Below are positions 29,514-37,975 of a stretch of DNA of 64,000 nt, piece after piece. Made by a program: the position numbers and the translations under genes. The stretch covers positions 585,358 to 649,357 of the forward strand of contig OZ244066.1 in assembly GCA_965215545.1 (NCBI GenBank), in the 5' to 3' direction. The stretch is from Paracoccaceae bacterium. Lineage in GTDB: Bacteria; Pseudomonadota; Alphaproteobacteria; Rhodobacterales; Rhodobacteraceae. Under the pieces are notes generated by a model. It had not been told where the DNA came from, made no database searches, and saw nothing but the letters and a program-made list of their open reading frames with translations. Position 1 is the first letter of the stretch, and each line of letters starts with the position of its first letter.

Positions 29514-29609
29514 GGCCTTGATGGTCTGAATCCCCGGCCTTTTACATCACTTGTCAGACACCTCTTCCAGTCGGTATCTGTTGCAACGACGCCGATGGTC
29601 AGTTGAACA

Positions 29610-30975
29610 ATGATACACTCTCCGAGTGTATTATTTGGGGCCCGTGCCACCCTGAAGAGTCCATGGGCTTGACGCACCCCGCCTCGGCTGTCTGACAGCC
29701 GGCATGCGGCGCGGTCACGCCGTGTGTGACCTCTCCATTGCCAACCGTCAGGACCGGCGTCAGGACCATGACCACGCCACCATCGCCTCCACCGACCGAG
29801 TCGGGTCTGACCACGGTCTCGATAGCGGCGACCGACACCCTCCCCGGACCCACACCCTGGCCCCGCGCCTTTCAACAGGACACTGCTGACTCGGTGTTTC
29901 TGACGTTGTATTCTCGGCTGCATGAGAATCGGTCTTCGACATTACGCCCACGAGACGGTTGACTGGCTGAAGGCGGGGCTTGCGGCCAGTGACTGCACGC
30001 GCACCTTTCTGGCCCGCGGGCTCTGCGAGCGCGAGGGCTGGCGGAACGCGAAGGGCGAGCTGTGTCTTGCCTCGGCCCGGGCCGCCCTTCCGAAACTGTC
30101 CTCGGCCCCCATCGACCGCTGCCGCCGGCAGCGGTCGATGATGGCGACGCACCACCCCCGGGGCGATGCCGGCTGTCCCGGCGGGCGCCTCCGCGACTGG
30201 ATCCGCTCGCCATCGCACGGCATCCTCGGCGGGTTCACCGTCGGTGCCGCTGCCTGGCACCACAGGGCGCGTGACCGCCACATCGGCTGGTCGCAGGCGG
30301 CGCGGGACGCCAACATCGGGCGCGTGGTCAACAACGACAGGTTCCTTTTGCTGCCGGCCCGAGCGCCGCTCGACTGGCTGCTGCTGACCACCGGGGGCGG
30401 GCCCGACGCGGCGAACGTGCTCCGCGTCGTCACATGGTACGAGAAGCGATGGCTGATCGAGGAATGGTTCGCGGCCCTCAAGGTCGGAACGCGGATCAAG
30501 GACCGCAGGCTCAACGCCGGCGCCGACGGTCGTCCACCCCGACGCGATCCATGTCCTCGCCGTGCACATGGCGAAGCCCAGCCACCGCAGGCAGCGCGGC
30601 CCGGACCAGACGGTCGCGGCGTTCGCGGTCAACACCGCACGCCTCGCCGGCTTCATCCCCTCGACAGGGCAACCCACTCCGGGAACCAGGAAACTCTGGG
30701 AAGGATCCCTGATCCTGTCACTCTTCGTCGAACATCACGGGGCCATGCGCGAATACGCAAACACCGAGTCAACAGTGTTACATTGAAAGGGGCGGGACCC
30801 CCCGGATCCGGGGCCAACACGCAGGGGCTGTCGGCATGGCTCTGGCGACCCTCAGCGGGGGGTCCTGTCTGCAGGCGGTCGGCGGTGCCTGGCCACGCGA
30901 GGGCCCGACAGGTGACCGTCCGCGGGGATGGGACCGGCATCCGGCCCCAATTCCCCCTCTCGATCGCGGCCGCTA
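29610..30975 (+). mobile_element. Defective IS4-family-like element with DUF4338-like N-terminal module and long (about 250-300 bp) imperfect TIRs
   Basis: The core TIR motif GGCCCCGCGCCTTTCAACAGGACACTGCTGACTCGGTGTTT (29859-29899) is matched in inverted orientation at 30759-30799. Weaker similarity extends outward on both sides. Boundaries are +/- 30 bp. Confidence 0.5.
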
Positions 30976-30986
30976 ACTGGGACTAG
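29922..30986 (+). pseudogene. Internally deleted transposase remnant (DUF4338-like N-terminus fused to an IS4 YREK C-terminus)
   Basis: ETVDWLKAGLAASDCTRTFLARGLCEREGW and AAAWHHRARDRHIGW..VVNNDRFLLLP are DUF4338-like. VVTWYEKRWLIEEWFAALKVGTRIKDRRL is the Y-R-E-K signature of IS4/Tn5-type DDE transposases. The DDE core is missing. Confidence 0.55.
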
Positions 30987-31554
30987 CGGCCGTCTGGAAG
31001 CAGGCTTGGGCTTGCTCCCGTTGATTGGGCTGACAGTGCCGCCACCGCCCCCATCCGTCACAACCTCGCCATTCCGTTTCCTCAACTCACCAACAACAAC
31101 CTGCGCCACATATGTCTTCGATGAGACCAGGCTCAGGAATGTTGCGGGACTGGGGATCAGGCCGCGGCGGGTGACCTTCCCCGCGTGCAACCAGACCCCA
31201 TGGACAAGATCGCCGTCGGCGAAGTCGACTCGCCGGGTGTCCTGGGTGCCATCGGGGTATCCGTAACCCCTCACGCTGAAACACAGAGTGGCGTTATTCC
31301 AGGCGCCCGGGTAATCTCCAGTGACATCTGACAAGTTGTTGATACCCGTTGTGGTTATGGGGGTAGCGCCTCGAAACGTGACCCTGTCGTGGGCGACATC
31401 ACTCACAAAGAATAGTGAGAAAGTATCTTTCTCCGCCACGCCGTCCGGGCAGGCCGCTTGTCCAATCGTCTGCGCCTCGGCCTCACCCGCGGGCAGGGCG
31501 AGGCCCAGCGTGAGGGCGACCCAGGGCGGGGGTGAGACCGACCGTCAGGCGGTC
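30852..31554 (-). pseudogene. Secreted-protein paralogue disrupted at both ends
   Basis: Downstream of the IS block the minus strand reads FDRLT.., then the signal-peptide end VALTLGLALPAGEAEAQ, then the ORF AEKDTFSLFFVSD.... It needs a frameshift in a C-run near 31525. Its own start and leader lie 4.75 kb away (36317-36345, ATG mutated to ATA). The 3' end runs into the IS4-like TIR. Confidence 0.45.
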
Positions 31555-31681
31555 AAAAAAAGGGGATTATATACTTGAAAACAAGAAATGAAATTAGCCG
31601 ATAAGAATCAAAATGTTATGCTTTGATCACCACCAATGAGCAAAGATAGCTTATGTCAATGATTATATTGGAGTAATCTAG

Positions 31682-32608
31682 GGCCTGTTGACACTCCCCC
31701 GCTCCGCTGCGATCCTGCCCCCCAACGACCGCCCGGAACGGGCGGCATCCCTTGGCAGGAGCCGACCCATGACCCGCGACCGATCCCGTCTTGCCGACCG
31801 CATGTGGCACCGCATCGAGTCTCTCTGTCCCGGCAAGGTCGGCGACCCCGGCGGCACCGCCGCCGCCAACCGTCTCTTCGTCGAGGCCGTTCTCTGGCCC
31901 GGGATCTGAGTCCCCTGGCGCACCGGTTCGCCCGGGCGTGACCGGCCCGCCCGCTGCGGCCCGACCGCCTGATGCACGGCAGGGGAATTCGGTCTTCCAG
32001 CGCTTCCGCCGCTGGGCTAGGAAGGGTGTCTTCGAACGCATTTTCAGGGCGTTATCGGAGGCGTTCGATCTCGAATACGTCGGCATCGACGGCACCATCG
32101 TCACGGCGCACGCCAGGGCCGCCGGCACCCCATCGGGAGCATGACCGGTGGGGGAACCTGCGATCAGGGGATCGGCCGCCCAGAGGGGCGGTCTGACCAC
32201 CAGGATCGTGGCTGTCACCGATGCCCTTGGTTACCTTGTCCACTTCGTCATCCGGCCCGGTCAGGCCCATGACCCCGGAGGCGGCCAGCGGATGGGGGAC
32301 AGACGCGGTGCTGGCGGGCCTCGATGGCGATGCCCTCATTGCCGACACGGCCTTCGATGCCGACAGCCTCCTTGCCGATCGCGAAGCACGCGGCGTCAAG
32401 GCCGCACTCCCGGCCCAACGCAACCGCACGGCGATTCGGGACCATGATCGGGACATGTCTGCCTGGCGGCACCCGATCGAGACCGTCTTTGCCAAACTCA
32501 AGGCGTTCCGGGGGATGGCGATGCGCTTCGACACGACGCTGACAAGCTTCGCGGCCTTCATTGCCCTGGTGGCCGGGGTGATTGCAGCCCGGTACGTGTC
32601 AACAGGCC
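31682..32608 (+). mobile_element. IS5-family element (IS427/IS1031-like), degenerate
   Basis: Inverted ends are GGCCTGTTGACAC / GTGTCAACAGGCC, flanked by CTAG on both sides. The transposase (MTRDRSRLADRMWHRIESLCPGKVGDPGG..., NSVFQRFRRWARKGVFERIF, ...AFDADSLLADREARGVKA...IETVFAKLKAFRGMAMRFD) is split over three frames and has an internal stop. Confidence 0.7.
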
Positions 32609-32612
32609 CTAG

Positions 32613-33497
32613 GCTGTGTACTTAAATATTGACAGATCTGTCTGGAGCTGCGAGAGGAGCCAAAAAACCATCAGGCAGGAGCAGACCCATGAGCGGACAC
32701 CGCCACGACATGACCGATGCCGAGTGGGCGATCCTCCGCTCGGTGCTTCCCCAGAGACACCAGGGACCCCGCCGGATCCATGACCGAAGGGTCATGGATG
32801 GTATCTTCTTCGTGTTGCGCACCGGCATCCCCTGGCGGGATCTCCCCGAACGCTACGGTCCCCACTCGACCTGTTTCAATCGCTACAACCGCTGGAGCAG
32901 GAACGGCACCTGGGCCCGGATCATGCGGGCCCTGGCCGAGCGGACGGATGGTGATGGAGGCCCGGTCGGACCCGTGCGCCTGCGCATGCTGGACTCCTCC
33001 GTCGTGCGGGCCCACAAGCATGCTGCCGGGGCCCGCCGCGACGGCCCGCCGCCGCCGATCGGCCGGAGCCGTGGCGGTCGGACGACCAAGGTCCATCTCG
33101 CCCTCAGCGGGACGGACGCGGTGCAGGCCCTGGTCCTGACCCCGGGTCAGGCCTCGGACTGTGCCCAGGCCGAGGCGCTGCTTGCCGACCTTCAGCCGGG
33201 GACGACCGTCCTCGGTGACAAGGCCCATGATGCCAATGCTGTCGTCCGGTGCATCGAACGGGCGGGGGGCCAGGCGAACATTCCCTCCCGGTCCTGCCGC
33301 AAGATCCCCCGGCCCTTTGACCGCACCCTGTACAAGGGTCGCAATCGGATCGAGCGGTTCTTCGGCAGGATCAAGGAATTCCGTCGCGTTGCCTCGCGCT
33401 ACGACAAGACCGCCCGCAATTTCCTCTCGGCAATCCAGCTGACGGTCAGTCGCTTCCTGCTGCGGGCTCTGGCGAAGCAATTAAATGGGTACACAGC
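32613..33497 (+). mobile_element. IS5-family element, apparently intact, inserted next to the first at the same CTAG
   Basis: Ends are GCTGTGTAC / GTACACAGC, flanked by CTAG (32609-32612 and 33498-33501). Contains one uninterrupted transposase ORF. Confidence 0.7.
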
Positions 33498-33501
33498 CTA
33501 G
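32689..33501 (+). CDS. IS5-family DDE transposase
   Basis: 270 aa from ATG 32689. MTDAEWAILRSVLPQR...RVMDGIFFVLRTGIPWRDLPERYGP (DUF4096-type N-terminus), LDSSVVRAHKHAAG, VLGDKAHDAN, NRIERFFGRIKEFRRVASRYDK. Confidence 0.85.
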   Translation: MSGHRHDMTDAEWAILRSVLPQRHQGPRRIHDRRVMDGIFFVLRTGIPWRDLPERYGPHSTCFNRYNRWSRNGTWARIMRALAERTDGDGGPVGPVRLRMLDSSVVRAHKHAAGARRDGPPPPIGRSRGGRTTKVHLALSGTDAVQALVLTPGQASDCAQAEALLADLQPGTTVLGDKAHDANAVVRCIERAGGQANIPSRSCRKIPRPFDRTLYKGRNRIERFFGRIKEFRRVASRYDKTARNFLSAIQLTVSRFLLRALAKQLNGYTA

Positions 33502-33781
33502 AAATTACTTTTTCAAGTATATAATCCCCAAAAAAAAAGGGGATTATATACCTAAGTGCCACAGTTTCCGACGGCCCGATCCGCCTGAACTGACCGCCAG
33601 ATCCGTCAGGCATCCTTATCCTCCACGACCCTCACTTGCTGGAATGCTGACCGGATCAGGTCAGCAGGCGAGGTGTCAATGCGGACATCCTTGTCCAGTT
33701 CGGCCTTGCTCGGCTGGTAGTCCGATGGCTTGAGGTGGACAGTGGGGCGGGTTTCGGTTTTCTTGGTCATGGTTTTCCTTC

Positions 33782-35196
33782 TTAGAGCCAGTCACGAATC
33801 CGGTCTTCATGGATTGCCTTGCCATTGTACGGATCCCGCATGGGCGGCATGTGGAGACGCCGATCATCAAAATAGTCTTCGATGGACCAGAGGTTCATGC
33901 GCTTGTAGTCCATGATGCCGATACTGCATGTCCCGGCATTGGTGGCTTCACGGATAGCTTCCTTCGAAGTTACCCTGTCGAGCGTGATGTAACAGCCGAT
34001 GGCGGCGTTGTCCCGCTGGATGACATGCAGGAAGTCGTGCAGGTTGCCAAGATTGAACTTGCCGCCTTTGGCTTGAGCCAACGCCAGATCGGAATCCAGA
34101 TCATCAGGGCGAACTGCCAGTTTCCCGCGGCCGTCCACCCCGCCATCGCCGACCTGCTTGGTGTTGGGGGCAAAGCCGGGAAGGCGGGTGACGGCCCAAC
34201 TTTCGAACTGGAACGGGTTGTCCTTGGCCATCAAGCGAGCCGAATACATATCGACCGGGATGCCCTTGGCTGGGATGCTCATACCCATGCGCTTTTGCCG
34301 AATGAGGTCAATGGCAAAGGCGGAGATGTCGATACCAATGAAACGTCGGTTGAGGTTACGAGCGGATTCAACTGCCGTGCCGCACCCGCAGAAGGGATCC
34401 ATGACAACATCGTTGGGGTTGCTGGAAGCACGAATGATGCGGTCAAGGAGTGCAATGGGCTTTTGGGTGGGGTAGCCGACTCGTTCTTTGGATTGAGAGT
34501 TTATGTATGGAATATCCCATACATCGCGCATATTGACATAATTGAAAACGCCCTTATCGTCTTTAAAAAATTCGGCATTTCCTGCTCCATAATTTATGAT
34601 CCCTGGCTTGCGGCTTTTGCTTTTTGTGTAGGCTTTTTCTTTCAGAACATTGAAACATGAATTTGGACCTTTTCCATAAAACAGAATGACATCGTGTTTC
34701 TTGGAAAAATGATTTTTGCCCGCCCCTCCTGTCCGATAATGCCAAATGACTTCATTCCTGAATCCCCCCCCCCCTGCTTGACAATAATTTCGTCCATCAA
34801 GGCTTTCAGGTAGTGTGAGGCTGTCGGGTCGCAGTGCAGGTAGATGGAGCCGGTGGGTTTCATGAGGCGGTGCATCTCTGCCAATCTCTCGGCCATGTAG
34901 GTGAGATAGCCAAGCATACCGCACTCGCCCAGCATGGTATGCAGACCAAGAATGGCGCGATGAGCTGGGTGAGCGATGGCATCCAGCCGGTTGGCCGCTG
35001 CATCATCCCAGACCCATGTGTCGTTGAAGGCGCGGTACTGGGCGTCGATACCCCCGCTTTTGCCAAACAGGACATTGTACTGCGCCTTGGAGTTGAAGGG
35101 CGGGTCGAGATAGATCAGGTCGATGCTCTGATCATCCCAATGTTGCATCCAGTCCAGACAATCTCCGTAGTAGAGTGTGTCCAGGTCGGGACTCAT
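33782..35196 (-). pseudogene. N6/N4 DNA methyltransferase with a C-terminal Mrr-like nuclease-fold domain; out of frame at a G11 tract (phase-OFF)
   Basis: N-terminal ORF: LYYGDCLDWMQHWDDQSIDLIYLDPPFNS (motif IV DPPF). C-terminal ORF: FRNEVIWHYRTGG..., VVMDPFCGCGTAVESA (motif I), GDGGVDGRGKL...LAQAKGG (Mrr-like). The two frames meet at the G11 run (34764-34774). 12 or 9 G would restore ...KQGGGGFRNEV.... The ATG at 35196 overlaps the transposase stop (ATGA). Confidence 0.8.
34764..34774 (-). repeat. G11 (coding-strand) homopolymer tract inside the methyltransferase gene
   Basis: Counted directly (C11 on the plus strand). It is the exact point of the frame change. Confidence 0.95.
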
Positions 35197-36179
35197 GCAG
35201 CGCACTCCTGCGCTCCGCTGTCGAGGCCATTGTCGGCCTTCAGGGCTGCATAGGTCAGCCGCTTGCCCTGCATGCGCTCGACGGTCAGTTCCAGTTGCTG
35301 GATCGTATCGCCCTCGCGCATGTTATGACGGCCAGCGAACTCGTTGATGTAGCGTTGCAGGTGCTTGGGACTCATCTTGTGATAGGTGCCCTTGTAGCCG
35401 CGCTTGAACATCGACCAGAAGGACTCGATGCCGTTGGTGTGGACAAGACCCTTCACATATTCCCCCGATGAATGCTTGACCGACTCGTGATGGAAGCCCT
35501 CGATGCCCTGATAACCCTTGTGGTCGTCGGTGTACAAGTCGGAACCCGGGGCGACTGTCTCGGCCACAAAGCCTTGCAGGGTTGCCTTGTCGGTGCTCTC
35601 GACCGTCCGGGCCACGACCGCATTGGTCTCCCGATCCTTGACCCCGGCAACGATTTCCTTGCCGACTGCCCCGCGTCCGGTCATGTCATCCCGCTTCGAC
35701 TTCGGCATGTTCTTGCGCTTGCCACCCATGTAGGTCTCATCGGCCTCGGCCGGGCCGGTGAAGAGGGGAAGTCCCGCCTCATAGGTCTTGCGGAGGCGGT
35801 GGGCCAGATGCCAGGCCGATTTCTGGGTGATCTCCAAATCCCGATGCAGTTTCATCGAACTGACGCCCTTGAGACTGGTGGTGACCAGATAGGCAGCGAT
35901 GGCCCATGTCTGGTATCCGAGTTTGCTGGACTGCATGACCGTGCCGGTCTTGACGCTGAACCGGGGCTTGTCGGCACAGTCCCGGCAACGATGGGTCATG
36001 CTGTGATGCTTGATGTTGCACTGGACATTGTCCGATCCGCAGTGGGGGCACCGGGGACCATCCGGCCAGACAATCGACTCGATCCATGTGCGGGCAGTTT
36101 CGTCATCGGGGAACATCCTGAACAACCTGGGCAGGCTGATCGTCTTGCGGTAGTGCTTGCCGGGGGCTTCGTGGGCCAT
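35193..36179 (-). CDS. IS1595-family transposase
   Basis: Start at ATG 36179 (RBS AAGGAG). N-terminal zinc ribbon WPDGPRCPHCGSDNV...HRCRDC. DDE-type core ..EADETYMGGK...LYTDDHKGY...HTNGIESFWSMFKRGYKGTYHKMSPKHLQRYINEF. Confidence 0.85.
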   Translation of the reverse strand: MAHEAPGKHYRKTISLPRLFRMFPDDETARTWIESIVWPDGPRCPHCGSDNVQCNIKHHSMTHRCRDCADKPRFSVKTGTVMQSSKLGYQTWAIAAYLVTTSLKGVSSMKLHRDLEITQKSAWHLAHRLRKTYEAGLPLFTGPAEADETYMGGKRKNMPKSKRDDMTGRGAVGKEIVAGVKDRETNAVVARTVESTDKATLQGFVAETVAPGSDLYTDDHKGYQGIEGFHHESVKHSSGEYVKGLVHTNGIESFWSMFKRGYKGTYHKMSPKHLQRYINEFAGRHNMREGDTIQQLELTVERMQGKRLTYAALKADNGLDSGAQECAA

Positions 36180-36316
36180 GGTCAGTCTCCTTGTTGCGAG
36201 TCTGATATATGGCACTTTGCTGTAAATTTCAAGGGGTCAATGGCACCTTTCTCTATTTTTCCCGGCCGCCGGGCCGGAACAAGGCTGGCACTTAGGTATA
36301 TAATCCCCAAAAAAAA

Positions 36317-36447
36317 GGGGGGGGGGGCAGTGTCAAGCGGGTTATGGTCTCTCTCCGGGTTGGGTGGCCACCCGGTGGCACGCAACGGCCACCGGGTGGA
36401 TCATCATGCTGGGACGGCGATAGCACGAGCGGGGGCCGGCTGGCAAG
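36317..36447 (-). repeat. Leader cassette copy 1 (orphaned by the IS insertion): G11 tract + start region + 5'-UTR hairpin
   Basis: 131 nt, near-identical to 37326-37457 (about 6 differences by eye). The start codon is mutated to ATA. Hairpin at 36368-36399. Confidence 0.85.
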
Positions 36448-36812
36448 AGCGGAATCCCGCCCGCATCCGCCGCTAGGGCTGAGTGTCCGCGCCCGCCGTG
36501 CCGCTGCGGGGGCAGTCGGTGTCAGCCAGGCGGCGGTCCCTTGACCCCGTGCCGCTGTCGACGATCGCCTGGCGCCGGGGTGCGCGCGTCGGTCACCAGT
36601 GTCCCCCTGTCGATCGTGCGACCCCCTGTGATGGCCCTGTCGTCGGCTGTCATGGTTCGCTGCCCTGGCGGGGCGGCCCATCGGGGGCAACATGTGCCTG
36701 GCTGGCGCCGGCGTGCGACGAGATCGGCACGGATTGGCAGTGGGCGGGCCAGCAAATGGCCGCAATTCGATGACGACGGGAGACCCGCTTGCAGTGGCCA
36801 CCGCCCCCCGGA

Positions 36813-37355
36813 TCAGTCGTTATCCCGGATGGGAATGCGCAGATGACGGGTCGGGTTGCGCATGATGACGTGGATGGCATTCTCCCCTGTGTCCCGGACA
36901 CTGTTCTCGCGGGGGGTCAGCAGGCCAGACGTAAAGCCTTCGGCCTCGGTCATGGTGTTGCACCGCTTGAACGCGCCGGCAGCCTGCCAGCGGTCGCCCT
37001 GAAGGCCGCTGGCCCCGGCAACATTGTTGGGCAGGCAGTTGGTCGCGCTGGCATCGCACGGGGTGGTGTCGAAAATTTCGGCGCAGAAGGGAATCCGGTA
37101 CTCCCGGGGTGTCTCGAAACTGCCGAAGTTGTCGCAGTTTTCCAGGATGAACTGGATGATCACACCGCCATCAGTACCTTCTGTTGCCGGCGTGCCCGCC
37201 ATCGGGAAGCCCTGGTATAACTTGATATGGGAGGCATTGCACTGTTCGGCCAGCGCCGGGCCGGTCGGCAGGGCCAGGAACAGGGTGACAGCCAGGGCGA
37301 CCGCGAGGGCCGTCAGGCGGTCAAAGGGGGGGGGGGGCAGTGTCAAGCGGGTCAT
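36813..37355 (-). CDS. Cys-rich secreted protein with a poly-Pro (C12-encoded) signal-peptide N-region
   Basis: ATG at 37355 preceded by GGAGAGAG. MTRLTLPPPPFDRLTALAVALAVTLFLALPTGPALA|EQC is a signal peptide. The mature part has 7 Cys. The longer 36813-37604 ORF has no support upstream of this ATG. Confidence 0.6.
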   Translation of the reverse strand: MTRLTLPPPPFDRLTALAVALAVTLFLALPTGPALAEQCNASHIKLYQGFPMAGTPATEGTDGGVIIQFILENCDNFGSFETPREYRIPFCAEIFDTTPCDASATNCLPNNVAGASGLQGDRWQAAGAFKRCNTMTEAEGFTSGLLTPRENSVRDTGENAIHVIMRNPTRHLRIPIRDND

Positions 37356-37457
37356 GGTCTCTCTCCGGTTTGTGTGGCCACCCGGCGGCAAGCAACGGCC
37401 ACCGGGTGGATCATCATGCTGGGACGGCGATAGCACGAGCGGGGGCCGGCTGGCAAG
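37326..37457 (-). repeat. Leader cassette copy 2 (functional): G12 tract + start codon + 5'-UTR hairpin
   Basis: Direct repeat of 36317-36447. G12 at 37326-37337 encodes PPPP in frame. Hairpin at 37378-37409. Confidence 0.85.
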
Positions 37458-37975
37458 GGGGGTGTGGCCGCCGGCGCCTCGGCCCACTTGCCTGGCCCCG
37501 GTGGTCAGGCGGGGGCCGGTCCAGGCGACAGCAGCACCGGTGACCGCGAGGGCGGGGCTGGCCCGGTCAAGCCGGGTGCCGGTGCAGGAACTGTGGGCTG
37601 GCACCGATGAGGTCAGGCGGAAGCCTGGATGGGCCCGGAATTGGCGGACCTGTCGGAACGGTTGGCGGACATGTTCCTTTCATCGGCTGGGGGTCAAGGG
37701 GGTCGGTGCTGCACGGTGCTGGTGCAGGGAGTCATGCAGCGGTCGTCATCGACAGGGCGGACAGGACAGTTGGTTTGAGGGTGGCCGGTAGTGGGGAAGC
37801 GGAAGCGTCCGGGTCGTTCGTTCCAGCGAGGGCGGCAAACCGGGCGGCATCGATATCGGGACGGTCCTCTTCGGTCGCCGGGGACGCGGGAGGGACAGGT
37901 TTCAAGGAGTGCTGTGAACCCATCGTCCACACCGGAGACGATGAGCTCCAGAGCCAACGGGGTCGCCCCACCTCA

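Larger units (their letters stand above)
31562..33529. mobile_element. MITE-like element (about 150-bp backbone) sharing termini with the IS1595-like transposon, carrying two nested IS5 insertions
   Basis: Perfect 20-bp inverted termini: GGGGATTATATACTTGAAAA (31562-31581) and its complement (33510-33529). The backbone is AT-rich. The outer 13 nt are identical to the ends of the 33539-36308 element. Confidence 0.55.
33539..36308 (-). mobile_element. IS1595-like transposon (2.77 kb) carrying a transposase and a passenger DNA methyltransferase
   Basis: Perfect 22-bp terminal inverted repeats: GGGGATTATATACCTAAGTGCC (33539-33560) and its complement (36287-36308). Flanked by A9 and A8 runs (the IS1595 family makes 8-bp duplications). 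Confidence 0.75.

Noticed and set aside
36317-37457. The direct repeats were considered as a possible CRISPR or other array.
   Set aside because: There are only two copies, about 1 kb apart. Each contains an RBS, a start codon and signal-peptide codons. There is no repeat-spacer periodicity. I noticed no CRISPR-like repeat-spacer pattern elsewhere in the window.
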